DNA of 64,000 bases from Desulfobacterales bacterium (lineage in GTDB: Bacteria; Desulfobacterota; Desulfobacteria; Desulfobacterales; Desulfosalsimonadaceae): the NCBI GenBank assembly GCA_018334555.1, contig JAGXLR010000001.1, positions 269-64,268 on the forward strand, written 5' to 3'. The translations under genes were made by a program, and so were the position numbers. The notes beneath the pieces were generated by a model, which worked only from the letters and a program-made list of their open reading frames with translations, made no database searches and was not told the DNA's origin. Shown here in pieces: positions 17,718-27,568 of this stretch; position 1 is the stretch's first letter, and each line of letters opens with the position of its first letter.

Positions 17718-20700
17718 CGATCATTTCAAACATCTCGGTTTCCGAGCCCTCGGCCAGGACCGTGGCGCTGTTCGGACAGATGGCTGCGCACGCGCCGCAT
17801 CCCTGGCATTTCAACGGATTCACTTCAATCCGGCCGAATTCGGGGTCGATTTCCCGGGCACCGTAAGGGCAGGCCGATATACATAGTTGACAGCCGGAGC
17901 AGAGACTATGCCGAACCACGGCAATTTTCCTGCCCGCAGTCAAGTATTGACGGTTAATCATCCGAACCGCCCGCATGGCAGCGGCCTCCGCCGAAGCCAT
18001 GCTCTCATCAATTAAGCGCGGCGAAAGCGCCAGACCGCATGCGAAAACTCCGGCCGCCAGGGATTCCACCGGCCGCCATTTAAAATCCGCCTCCTTGAAA
18101 AAACCGTGTTCATCCACTTCAGCCCTCAGCTTCGACATCAAGTCCCCGGGCAACACAGGGGTGATGCCGGTGGCAAGAATCAGCAGGTCCGCCTCGATTT
18201 CCACGCTTTGTCCGATGATCGGATCGTTGGCCCTTATGCGGAGCCGGGATGCGCCGTCCCCGTTTTGCCCGGGCACGACCACTTCGGGTTTGGCCTCTGG
18301 GGTATACGGAAAAAAAATAATCCCCTTCCGGCGGGCTTGGGTATAATAGGTCTCATAGAAGCCGGGGGTCATCATGTCCCGGTAGAGGATATATACGGAT
18401 AGGTCTGGATTTTGCTCCTTTAAATACATGGCATGCTTCAATGATGAGAGGCAGCAGACACGGCTGCAATAGTTTCTGGGGGGTTCGCGGCAATCCACGC
18501 ACTGGATCATGGCCACTGAAGAGAGCGCCGCCGGGTCAATCCGCCCCTCCGACCGGGCGGTTTCAAACGCCTTCTGCGTCATGACGGCGGGGCTTTTCCC
18601 ATATCCGTAGCTTTCGGTGGCCCCCTCGACGCCGCCGGTGGCCAGGAGGACCGCCCCATGATGCCCGGTTTGGGCGTTTTTTCCTTCACCGATGGTGCTC
18701 TGAAACCGGCCGACCGAGCCCCGAATATCCGCAACGGTCGAGTTCAAATGCACATGGATCAAGGAATTGTCATTTACCCGGGAGACGGTGGTTTGAAGCC
18801 GTTCGGCCACATCCGCCCCGTCGATGGTCCGGCCCAGCCAATTAAGGTTGCCGCCAAGCTGCTCGGCCTTTTCCACCAGATCGACCCGGAAACCGTGTCC
18901 GGCAATGGCTAGAGCGGCGGTCATCCCGGCAATTCCGCCGCCGATAATCAGCGCGGATTGATAGACAGGAATTTTTTCAGCCGGCCCCCAATGGATCCCT
19001 TTTAACCCGGCAATAGCGAGTTTCAGGCAGCGCTCCACATAGCCGGTGTTATACGGCGTCTGCTCTTTTGCGGGGGCACCGCCGGCAAACCAATCGGAGG
19101 GAAAGACATCTTTTATCTGAACCGCTGCTTCCGGCAGTCCGGCGGCATCGGCGATTTCAAGCCGTCTGTGGGCATATGCATTCGCCGCACAAGTCGCCAG
19201 CAGAATGCGGTTGACGGGTTTGTCCTTTAACTCTTCCAGCATTTTTGCCCATCCGTCGGGGCTGCAAAGTCCGTCCACCTCAAGACATTGGGAAACCGCC
19301 GGCTCCGTTTGTATCCGGTCAAGAAGGACGTCCATATCGATCAGCGCTTTGAGCCGGTCCCCGCAGACACATAGAATAACCAGTATATTCGGCTCTTCCC
19401 GGTTGATATCCCGGTCCCGCCCATCATCTGCTGACTCGACCGTTTCCAGACTGCCGCCGCTCTTGTGTATGGCTTTAGAGGCGCCGCAGGCCGCCGCCCC
19501 CGCCCGTATCACCGCATCATTGATATCGGTTAAGCCGGAGACCGCCCCGCCGAGGAAAACACCAGGGGCTGAAGTCTCTGTGAGGGAGAAGGGCCGGGGG
19601 GCGAGATACCCCCACGGGTTTAGCTCCAGTCCCAGCATTTCCGAAAATTTTTCGGCGTCCTCGGCCGGCCGTTGGCCGACGGACAAAACCACGAGATCGA
19701 AGAGGGCTTCACGGGCGCCATCCATATCCACATATCGGATGGCCAGGCGCGCCCCATCCTCTGAACACGCAACGGAATGCACCCGGCAGCGCTGAAACCG
19801 AACACCCGAGCGTTTGGCATCGTCCAGGTATTGTTGAAACGGTTTTTCAAACACCCGCAAATCCATATGGAAGATAACGGTTTCCACCTGCCCCCCGCCT
19901 ATTTCCCGGGCCAGCATCGCCTCTTTGACAGCCGACATGCAGCAGATGCTGGAGCAGAAATCCGAATCGGTCTGCAGATCCCTTGAGCCCACGCACTGGA
20001 TCCAGGCGATTTTGTTGACGGGCCGCCGATCCGACGGCCTTACCAGCCGCCCCCCGAAAGGGCCGGTGCCGCTGATCAGCCGTTCAAACGCCAGGTGGGT
20101 GACGACATCCGGGTATAGCCCATAGCCGAAAATATCCTTTCCCTCTGCCGGATTAAAATACCGACAGCCGGTGGCAATGATGACGGCCCCCACGCTCAAC
20201 TCGCGCTGCCGGCCCTTTCCGCTTTCCTCATAGAACCGATAGATTTGGGGCAAAAGAAAATCCTCCGAAAAGGGCTTAACCAGATAATCCGCCGCCCCCG
20301 CCTTAATGGACTCAACCGCGCTCTGGACGGCTGCGCAAGCGGTGGTCATCACGACCTGCAACGACGGCTGAACCGCCAGGGCCTCTTTCAATACATCCAC
20401 GCCTTCCATATCCGGCATCTTGATATCCAAAAGCACCAGGTGGAAGGCCTCGGATTTCAACTTTTCCAGGGCGGCCTCCCCGGATTCGGCCGTATCCACG
20501 AGAAACCCCTCCCCGGCCATGAGCGTCTGCAGTTGCTCCCGAACGCTCGATGCCTCATCAGCCACAAGGATTTTAAACTTTTTCCGATCCGCGGCTGCCA
20601 TTCGAATCGCGCCGGTCGGACAAACCGAGACGCATTCGCCGCAGTGGGTGCATGCCGAAAGATCAATCACATGGGTGCCGGGCAGCGCCTGCGGCGCCGG

Positions 20701-21144
20701 CTGATATATGGCCTTTCGGGTCGATAATCCGGCATTGAATGTATCCTTGACTTCAACGGGGCAGGCCTCGGCGCATTGGCCGCACCCCATGCACCGGTTC
20801 GGGTCCACCAAAGTGGGATGCTGGTGCAGCGTGGCGCAAAAGTTGCCCGCCTCGCCAGAGATATCCATAACCTCGGCGGATGCAAGAATCTCAATGTTGC
20901 CATGAAAAAGCCCCCGCCTCAAACATTGCTGACTGGCCTGGTCCGGCTCCACCGCGGGCAGCAGTTTGCACATCCCGCAGCGGTTGGTGGGAAACTGGTG
21001 ATCCAGCTGCTCGAGTATCCCGCCGATATGCGGGGCTTTGTCCACCAAAAATACATGGTAGCCGGTCTCTGCCAGATCGATTGCCGACCGGAGGCCGCTG
21101 ATGCCTGCCCCAATGACCAGTGCGGATCCGGATTTTTCTGCCAT
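17695..21144 (-). CDS. hdrA: Tandem (double) HdrA-like FAD/FeS oxidoreductase with an embedded CheY-like receiver domain
   Basis: 1149 aa containing:
- an N-terminal GxGxxG (VIGAGISGL) and the HdrA motif FPTNRCGMCKLLP
- an inserted ferredoxin (CMGCGQCAEACP, CTHCGECVSVCP)
- residues ~189-306, a complete receiver domain (ILVADE, LLD240, VVMTT, YLVKPF)
- a second HdrA module (IIGGGIAGM, CSRVCC)
- a C-terminal 2x[4Fe-4S]. Confidence 0.85.
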   Translation of the reverse strand: MAEKSGSALVIGAGISGLRSAIDLAETGYHVFLVDKAPHIGGILEQLDHQFPTNRCGMCKLLPAVEPDQASQQCLRRGLFHGNIEILASAEVMDISGEAGNFCATLHQHPTLVDPNRCMGCGQCAEACPVEVKDTFNAGLSTRKAIYQPAPQALPGTHVIDLSACTHCGECVSVCPTGAIRMAAADRKKFKILVADEASSVREQLQTLMAGEGFLVDTAESGEAALEKLKSEAFHLVLLDIKMPDMEGVDVLKEALAVQPSLQVVMTTACAAVQSAVESIKAGAADYLVKPFSEDFLLPQIYRFYEESGKGRQRELSVGAVIIATGCRYFNPAEGKDIFGYGLYPDVVTHLAFERLISGTGPFGGRLVRPSDRRPVNKIAWIQCVGSRDLQTDSDFCSSICCMSAVKEAMLAREIGGGQVETVIFHMDLRVFEKPFQQYLDDAKRSGVRFQRCRVHSVACSEDGARLAIRYVDMDGAREALFDLVVLSVGQRPAEDAEKFSEMLGLELNPWGYLAPRPFSLTETSAPGVFLGGAVSGLTDINDAVIRAGAAACGASKAIHKSGGSLETVESADDGRDRDINREEPNILVILCVCGDRLKALIDMDVLLDRIQTEPAVSQCLEVDGLCSPDGWAKMLEELKDKPVNRILLATCAANAYAHRRLEIADAAGLPEAAVQIKDVFPSDWFAGGAPAKEQTPYNTGYVERCLKLAIAGLKGIHWGPAEKIPVYQSALIIGGGIAGMTAALAIAGHGFRVDLVEKAEQLGGNLNWLGRTIDGADVAERLQTTVSRVNDNSLIHVHLNSTVADIRGSVGRFQSTIGEGKNAQTGHHGAVLLATGGVEGATESYGYGKSPAVMTQKAFETARSEGRIDPAALSSVAMIQCVDCREPPRNYCSRVCCLSSLKHAMYLKEQNPDLSVYILYRDMMTPGFYETYYTQARRKGIIFFPYTPEAKPEVVVPGQNGDGASRLRIRANDPIIGQSVEIEADLLILATGITPVLPGDLMSKLRAEVDEHGFFKEADFKWRPVESLAAGVFACGLALSPRLIDESMASAEAAAMRAVRMINRQYLTAGRKIAVVRHSLCSGCQLCISACPYGAREIDPEFGRIEVNPLKCQGCGACAAICPNSATVLAEGSETEMFEMIDAAMGPV

Positions 21145-21157
21145 TACAATGCCTCCG

Positions 21158-22300
21158 TCATGAGCCTAAACCGACGATTTCGTCGAACTCTTCTTCTTTG
21201 AAAATCGTAAGCGGCGGCGGCTCATCCGCGCTGCGCCCGGCCTGGTAGTCAAATGCGGCCTGGGTGCGGTGCGCCACCATGCGGAAGAGCTGGGTCAAAG
21301 GAATATCGTTTGGGCAGGCATTGGCACACTGGCCGCACCCCACGCAGGCCGTGCCCATGTGCACGAGCCGGGTGATATGATAAAAAATCGTATCCGTAGG
21401 CATTTTGAGCGCGCCCTTTCGCTCGCTCCACTTCAGGTATTGGAGGGGGTCATGGTCAAACACGTCCGTGGTGAAAACGCATTCCCGGCAATAGCAAGCC
21501 GGACAGGCCACCCGACAGTTATAGCAGTTGACGCATCCGGAGAGATATTCGGATAGCTTTTCGATCGTGTTGACTGCGGCGGCCGTTTCCTCAAACACCT
21601 GGTCCCGCTTTTCAGTTCGCTCTTTTATCAACGATTGCACCACCTGCTCCCGTTGTTCCGGGGCTTTTGCGCCCCTGGCGCCGATGTTATCAAGGACCTC
21701 TTTTCCGCGCTCCGTACGGGCCTGCAAAAAAAGCCCCTCATCCAGCGATATCCCGTAGAGCCCGAGGATAATATCGGCCCCCTCGGGGATCGGCTGCTCG
21801 CACATCCGGCAGGCCGGGCTGATTTCAACCGTATTTGACGGTTCGGCACCCGAAAGCCTGGCCCTGCAAAAGGCTTCGCTTGCCGGTCCCTCGTTTTCTT
21901 CCAGAAAGGCCTGATAGCAACGATTGGAAAAGGCGCCCAGACAGTCCATACCGATAATGAGGACCGGTTCACTGGCGCTCTGATGCAGCTTGACCAGCTC
22001 GATATGGGCACGGATCTCACAGGGGCGCAATACGGCCGCAATGTTTGCATCCAGCCCCTTGCGGGTCAATTGGGAGATGTTCTTGGCCGAATTAACGGCA
22101 AAGGCGGGCGCCAGGGGATCGGCGTCATCCAAAAGCACCGGGCGGGATACCAGCGACGGCATTACGGCATCTTTCGTTGGCAGCTGCCGGGGGACCAGCA
22201 TGGCGCTGACAGATTCCAGCCCGAGCACCGATTTTAAAAATTGACGGATATCCGTGAGGCGATCCCCCCCCTGCCTGTCGATTTTGTACCAGTCAGTCAT
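21158..22300 (-). CDS. Iron-sulfur oxidoreductase subunit (FrhB/FlxC-like; exact family uncertain)
   Basis: 380 aa with Cys clusters CVNCYNCRVACPACYCRECVF and CVGCGQCANACP. The N-terminal region loosely resembles F420-hydrogenase beta-type domains. It lies between mvhD and hdrA. Confidence 0.5.
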   Translation of the reverse strand: MTDWYKIDRQGGDRLTDIRQFLKSVLGLESVSAMLVPRQLPTKDAVMPSLVSRPVLLDDADPLAPAFAVNSAKNISQLTRKGLDANIAAVLRPCEIRAHIELVKLHQSASEPVLIIGMDCLGAFSNRCYQAFLEENEGPASEAFCRARLSGAEPSNTVEISPACRMCEQPIPEGADIILGLYGISLDEGLFLQARTERGKEVLDNIGARGAKAPEQREQVVQSLIKERTEKRDQVFEETAAAVNTIEKLSEYLSGCVNCYNCRVACPACYCRECVFTTDVFDHDPLQYLKWSERKGALKMPTDTIFYHITRLVHMGTACVGCGQCANACPNDIPLTQLFRMVAHRTQAAFDYQAGRSADEPPPLTIFKEEEFDEIVGLGS

Positions 22301-22323
22301 TCATCCACTCCGTTGTCCACAAA

Positions 22324-22749
22324 CTAAACCACCGTTTGATGCTTGCATGCATTGGGTCCGATCCTCTTTACCTGCGCCACCATTTCCTTGATGGTATCCG
22401 CGAATTCGATCCCGTCACTGGCCCCGATCCATGTCAGCCGCAGCCTTTCGGGTTCGATCCCAAAGACGGAGAGGACCTCCTTTAAAAGCCGCATCCGGCG
22501 ACGCGCCTTTAGGTTGCCGTTGATGTAATGGCAGTCGCCCGGATGACAGCCGCTGACCAGAACCGCGTCCGCCCCCTCGAGAAACGCCTTGATGATATAT
22601 TTGGGGTCCACCATGCCGGTGCACATCACCCGGATCAGCCGGACGTTCGGCGGATAGACCAACCGCGATGTGCCAGCCAGGTCGGCCGCGGTATATGTAC
22701 ACCAGTTGCAGACGAACGCGATAATGGTGGGCTCGAATTCTTCTTCCAT
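22324..22749 (-). CDS. mvhD: MvhD-like (methyl-viologen-reducing hydrogenase delta subunit family) electron-transfer protein, Cys form
   Basis: 141 aa with IIAFVCNWCTYTAADLAG ... VSGCHPGDCHY, the typical MvhD/FlxD signature. Confidence 0.85.
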   Translation of the reverse strand: MEEEFEPTIIAFVCNWCTYTAADLAGTSRLVYPPNVRLIRVMCTGMVDPKYIIKAFLEGADAVLVSGCHPGDCHYINGNLKARRRMRLLKEVLSVFGIEPERLRLTWIGASDGIEFADTIKEMVAQVKRIGPNACKHQTVV

Positions 22750-22777
22750 GGGGCCTCCTCAACCGAGTTCTATTAAA

Positions 22778-25700
22778 TCATTGATCGATTGCATAAATAG
22801 CATTAAACAACCCATCAAGCTCCGACATGACCTGTTTTTCCCTGAAATGCCGGATTTGCGCCGCCCCGCTGGGACAGATGGCCGCACAGCTGCCGCAGCC
22901 TTTGCAGACCGCCTCGTTTACGACCGCGATCTTCCGACGGCCGTCAAACTCAATGGCCGAATAGGGACAAACCGCCATACACATCTGACATCCGGCGCAA
23001 AGATCGGGATCGATCCAGGAGATGGCCGAAGGTATCTGGACTTTACCGCGAGTGGCAAGGGACAGCGCCTTTGCGGCGGCACCGGAAGCCTGGGCGACGC
23101 TGTCGGTAATATCCTTAGGCCCTTGGCAGGCGCCCGCAATAAATACACCGCCGGTTGCCGTATCCAGCGGCCCCAGTTTGGGATGCGCCTCCAGAAAAAA
23201 ACCATCAGCGCCCACGCTTACCCCAAACGTCCGTCCAACCTGCAGAGCATCCGGCCGGGCTTCTATGGCTGCACAGAGAATCACCATATCCACCGGCACC
23301 CGTACAGGGCGGCCGAGCAGCGTATCCTCGGCAACGGCGATGAGCCTGCCCGACTCCTCCGGTGTTCTCGCCTCATCGGTAATTTCAGCGACCCTGCCCC
23401 GGATAAACCGGGTGCCCTCCTCCTGGCACCGGCGATAGAACTCCTCATAGCCCTTGCCGAAGCACCGCTGGTCAATATAGAAATCGTAAACCCGGGTATC
23501 GCGGCCCACTTTGTCCTTGATCAGATGGGCAAATTTCAGGGCATACATACAGCAGACGCGGGAGCAGTACTCGTGATAGTTGACGTCCCGGCTGCCGACA
23601 CAGTGGAGAATGGCCACGCTCTCCGGTGGCCGGGTAAACTTACCGTCGCCGTCGCGCATAAGAATCTCACCGCCGGTGGGCCCGGTCGCATTGGTGAGCC
23701 GCTCAAACTCCAGGCCCGTATAGACATTCGGATATTTGCCGTATCCGTATGGCACCATCGGGCTTGGATCCATCTGGTCATAGCCCGTGGCGATAATAAT
23801 GCTGCCAACCCTTATTTCGCGTATCTCCTCCTCCATCCGATGATCGATGGCGTTTGCCTGACAAACGTTCACACACTGCATGCATTCACAGCATCCACCG
23901 CAGTTCAAGCACCGACCGGCCTCCTTCCGGGCATCGGCCTCAAGAAAGCCTGAGTTGACCTCTTCGAAGGAATGGGTGCGACTCGCGGCTTCCCGGCGTT
24001 CGGGCGCACGCCTTGGCATCGGCGCCGTATCTTCTGATACCGGCATCCATTCAGTACCCGGTGCCGGTTTTTCCGACAGGTTTGCCGCATATGCCGCCAG
24101 ATCCTCCCCACTTATATATCGATCAATGGCTTCCACGGCCCGGTGGGCCTCGGCAACCGCTTCTATCACTGAAGCCGGGCCAGTAACCGCATCCCCGCCG
24201 GCAAAAACATACGGTATGGAGGTCTGAAGGGTTTCAGGCGCAACCATAATGGTACCGCGTCTCGATGTCTCAAGTTCCGTGGCCGGCTGCTGGTCCGCCA
24301 GCCCGGTGATTTGGCCGATCGCCGGGATAACGAGATCACACGGCATTTCAAACTCCGAGCCTTCAATGGGGAGCGGTCGACGACGGCCGGTTTGATCCGG
24401 GGGGCCCAATTCCGTGCGGATACACTCAAACGCCGCCGCCCGCCCATTTTCTTCGATGATTCGAACCGGGGCGGTCAGGTAGGATATATGGACGCCCTCT
24501 GCTTCGGCACACTCGATCTCTTCGTCATAGGCAGGCATTTCACGCCGGGACCGTCTATATACCACGGTAACCGACTGCGCCCCCAGGCGTCTGGCTGAAC
24601 GGGCGGCATCAACGGCCGCGTTCCCGCCGCCCACCACCACCACCGACTTGCCCGTCTCCGGAGCCTTTCCCAGGTTTATCCGGCGGAGAAACGCCGTTGC
24701 CTCCATTATGCCCGCGCCGATATCCTCCCCCGGAATTCCCATCCGCAGGGGAAGATGGGCACCGGTTCCCATAAATACGGCGGAAAAGCCTTCCGCCTTG
24801 AGGCTGTTAAAGGTGATATCTTTACCCAGCCAGATTTTGCACCGGGTTTGGATGCCGGTTTTCAAAAGATAGTCGATCTCCCGGTCCAGAACGGCCGGAG
24901 GAAGCCGATACTCGGGGATACCCAGCCGAAGCATGCCGCCCAAAACCGCTTCGCCTTCAAAAACGGTGACCTGGTAGCCCTTTAGCCGCAGGTAATAGGC
25001 AGCGGTCAGGCCCGCCGGCCCGGAGCCGATAACCGCGATTTTCTCCGGTCGATCCTTGATTTCCGGAACGGGCAGTTCGGAAAAATCTACCTGATCCACG
25101 GCAAAACGCTTCAATTCCCGAATGGCGATCGGGCTGTCGACTTCGGCCCGCCGGCATGACGCCTCACATGGATGCGGACAGACCCGACCCAACACGCCGG
25201 GCAGCGGCAGCCGCTCCATTATCAACCGGACGGCCTCCCTGTATTTGCCCTGCCCGATCAACTGGACATAGCCCTGGACATTGACGCCCGCCGGACAGCT
25301 GATGGTACAGGGCGGCCGGTCCATCTTCTCAATCACATAGGTAATCGGCACCGCCTGAGGAAAAGAGCGATAGATGGCCTTGCGCTGAGAAAGCCCTTCA
25401 TCCCATTGACTTGGCATTGAGACCGGACAAACGTCCATACATTCCCCGCAGCCCGTGCAAACCCCTTCGAGGACATACCTGGGCTTGCGGCGTACGGTAA
25501 CCGTGTAGTTGCCGATATATCCCTCGACCTCCCGGACTTCGGAATATGACAGAAGCTCAATGTTTTCGTTCTGGGCCACCTCCACCATCTTCGGGGTACC
25601 GATACAGGCCGCACAGTCAAGCGTCGGAAAGGTCTTGTCAAACTGCAGCATGTGCCCGCCGATGGTGGTATCCTTTTCCACCAGGTAGACCTTATGGCCC

Positions 25701-26191
25701 GCATTGCCAAGATCAAGGGCCGCCTGCATACCGGCGATGCCTCCGCCTACCACCATCATATCCGGATGAACTGCAACTTCTCGGGTTTGCAGGGGATAAT
25801 GGAACTGTACCCGGCTGACCGCGGCCGCCGCCAGGGTCTTGGCCTTCTGTGTCGCGACATCCGGGTCTTTGGTCACCCAGGAGACCTGTTCCCGCATCGA
25901 GGCCATCTGAAAATAATACGGATTCAACCCCGCCCGTTGACAGGCCCCCTGAAAGGTTTTTTCGTGTAAACGGGGGGAGCAGGAGGCCACCACCACCCGG
26001 TTTAGCCCATATTCACGGATATCGTTCTCAATGAGTTCCTGGCCGGGGTCCGAACACATGAACCTGTAGTCCCGGGAAACCGTGACATTTCTCAAGTGGC
26101 GCACATATTCGGCGACTTCTTCAACCCGTACGTTTGCCGCGATGTTCATTCCGCAATGGCAAATATAGAAACCGATTCTAAGGCTCATCAA
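22778..26191 (-). CDS. hdrA: Giant HdrA-like protein fused to a GltD/NfnB-type NAD(P)H-binding module (HdrL-type), Cys form
   Basis: 1137 aa containing:
- the HdrA N-domain (FYICHCGMNI)
- an FAD motif (VVGGGIAGM) and FPTLDCAACIGTPKM
- GltD-type blocks (CPAGVNVQGY...[44 protein letters not shown])
- a C-terminal HdrA part (CVGSRD, CSRVCC) and 2x[4Fe-4S]. Confidence 0.85.
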   Translation of the reverse strand: MMSLRIGFYICHCGMNIAANVRVEEVAEYVRHLRNVTVSRDYRFMCSDPGQELIENDIREYGLNRVVVASCSPRLHEKTFQGACQRAGLNPYYFQMASMREQVSWVTKDPDVATQKAKTLAAAAVSRVQFHYPLQTREVAVHPDMMVVGGGIAGMQAALDLGNAGHKVYLVEKDTTIGGHMLQFDKTFPTLDCAACIGTPKMVEVAQNENIELLSYSEVREVEGYIGNYTVTVRRKPRYVLEGVCTGCGECMDVCPVSMPSQWDEGLSQRKAIYRSFPQAVPITYVIEKMDRPPCTISCPAGVNVQGYVQLIGQGKYREAVRLIMERLPLPGVLGRVCPHPCEASCRRAEVDSPIAIRELKRFAVDQVDFSELPVPEIKDRPEKIAVIGSGPAGLTAAYYLRLKGYQVTVFEGEAVLGGMLRLGIPEYRLPPAVLDREIDYLLKTGIQTRCKIWLGKDITFNSLKAEGFSAVFMGTGAHLPLRMGIPGEDIGAGIMEATAFLRRINLGKAPETGKSVVVVGGGNAAVDAARSARRLGAQSVTVVYRRSRREMPAYDEEIECAEAEGVHISYLTAPVRIIEENGRAAAFECIRTELGPPDQTGRRRPLPIEGSEFEMPCDLVIPAIGQITGLADQQPATELETSRRGTIMVAPETLQTSIPYVFAGGDAVTGPASVIEAVAEAHRAVEAIDRYISGEDLAAYAANLSEKPAPGTEWMPVSEDTAPMPRRAPERREAASRTHSFEEVNSGFLEADARKEAGRCLNCGGCCECMQCVNVCQANAIDHRMEEEIREIRVGSIIIATGYDQMDPSPMVPYGYGKYPNVYTGLEFERLTNATGPTGGEILMRDGDGKFTRPPESVAILHCVGSRDVNYHEYCSRVCCMYALKFAHLIKDKVGRDTRVYDFYIDQRCFGKGYEEFYRRCQEEGTRFIRGRVAEITDEARTPEESGRLIAVAEDTLLGRPVRVPVDMVILCAAIEARPDALQVGRTFGVSVGADGFFLEAHPKLGPLDTATGGVFIAGACQGPKDITDSVAQASGAAAKALSLATRGKVQIPSAISWIDPDLCAGCQMCMAVCPYSAIEFDGRRKIAVVNEAVCKGCGSCAAICPSGAAQIRHFREKQVMSELDGLFNAIYAIDQ

Positions 26192-26235
26192 AGCCCCCTG
26201 GCAGAGCGGGTGGTGATAACAGAATTGTAATTTTA

Positions 26236-26264
26236 AGCATATGCCATAAATTTTTACCGGTCAA
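26236..26264 (-). promoter_or_regulatory. Candidate sigma70-type promoter for the minus-strand hdr operon
   Basis: On the minus strand: TTGACC (26259-26264), a 17-nt spacer, then TATGCT (26236-26241), about 45 nt upstream of the ATG at 26191. Confidence 0.3.
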
Positions 26265-26566
26265 TAACAGATCCACCGCCCCCCTATCCTTAAACAGTTT
26301 TACGATAAATCAGGAATGCAATTCTTTTGCCAGGTTTAAACCTGAGGGCGTTTAAGCAGCCTCAGGGGAAAAAGGGGAAAGGGGCCCAGCCCTTTGCGTG
26401 CCGATTTTTTTTACAGGGTGAAAAAAATACGGGCGGATAGCGGATACCGCATGGGGATGGCATCTTTTGTTTTTGAGGGCCACCAGATCGGATAAAGTGC
26501 CGGGGGGTGTATCCCTGTTTGCAATCAAATGCCCTGTTTATAGAGAAAAAATAATGTTCACGGCTA

Positions 26567-26595
26567 TTGACAGTGTTTTAAATTTTTAGTATCTA
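26567..26595 (+). promoter_or_regulatory. Candidate sigma70-type promoter for the plus-strand metF-hdrA(Sec) operon
   Basis: TTGACA (26567-26572), a 17-nt spacer, then TATCTA (26590-26595), about 85 nt upstream of the ATG at 26680, which is preceded by GGAGGA. Confidence 0.35.
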
Positions 26596-26679
26596 AAATG
26601 TAACTTTGTTTCCATAAACCTTTGACAATTCCGAGATTATGCCGCCTTATCCATACCAGACGCACCCCTGGAGGAAAAA

Positions 26680-27552
26680 ATGCAGTTGAAACGTAGACTC
26701 GAAGCCGGAGAATTTACTCTTCTTGCTGAAATCGAACCCCCTAAAGGCGTTAATATTTCCCCCATGATAGACAACGCCGCCAAGGTAAAAGAGGATATCA
26801 CCGCGTTTGTCATCCCGGAGATGAGCAATGCCGTTATGCGGATGAGCGCTCTGGGATCGGCGATGATGCTGCAGAACAAGCGGATGGAGACGATCATGCA
26901 GGTGTGCTGCCGGGACCGGAATCGAATTGCCCTGCAGGCGGACCTTCTGTCCGCCTATGCCTGCGGCATCGAAAATATAATGGCGGTCACCGGCGAGGAT
27001 CCCAGCTACGGAGACCACCACCAGGCGGCGGCGGTATATGACATCACCATCGATGACCTGCTTACCGCAGTTACCGAGCTGCAGGCGGGAAGGGATATGG
27101 CCGGCATCGAGCTGGACGGCAAGCCGGATTTTTTCATGGGGGCGACTGCCAATGCCGGACTCTCCGGTAATGAGCTGGATCGGGAGGCTGACGCAGCCAA
27201 ACGAAAAATCGATGCCGGCGTCCGCTTCTTAATCACTCCCCCCGTCTTCGTGCCGGATGCCATTGAGCCCTTTGTCAAAAAACTGGCCGACCGGGATGTT
27301 TTTGTTATTCCTACGGTTGTATTGTTGAAATCCGTGGGCATGGCCCGTTACATGGCCCGAAACATGCCCAACGTGCATATTCCGGATGAGCTGATCCAGA
27401 AAATCCAGAAAGCTCCGGATAAAACGAAAGAATGCACCCACGTTGCCGTCGAAACCGTCAGGGCGCTTAAGGCCGCTCGGTTCAGCGGCGCCCTGATTGC
27501 CACCATAGGTTGGGAGCACAAACTCCCCGACATTATTCACGGGATCAAATAA
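26680..27552 (+). CDS. metF: Methylenetetrahydrofolate reductase family protein (MetF paralog)
   Basis: 290 aa. The block [31 protein letters not shown] parallels TRDRNRIAIQSDILGAASFDIPNMLCLSGDH of the second MetF at 33141. Confidence 0.8.
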   Translation: MQLKRRLEAGEFTLLAEIEPPKGVNISPMIDNAAKVKEDITAFVIPEMSNAVMRMSALGSAMMLQNKRMETIMQVCCRDRNRIALQADLLSAYACGIENIMAVTGEDPSYGDHHQAAAVYDITIDDLLTAVTELQAGRDMAGIELDGKPDFFMGATANAGLSGNELDREADAAKRKIDAGVRFLITPPVFVPDAIEPFVKKLADRDVFVIPTVVLLKSVGMARYMARNMPNVHIPDELIQKIQKAPDKTKECTHVAVETVRALKAARFSGALIATIGWEHKLPDIIHGIK

Positions 27553-27568
27553 AGCAGGAGTATCTTTG

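Noticed and set aside
22670-23953. 427-aa plus-strand ORF
   Set aside because: It lies entirely antisense to the well-supported 1137-aa HdrA/GltD gene. Its composition is Arg/Pro/Gly/Ala-rich and of low complexity, with no motif or SD. This is a typical shadow ORF of a GC-rich gene.
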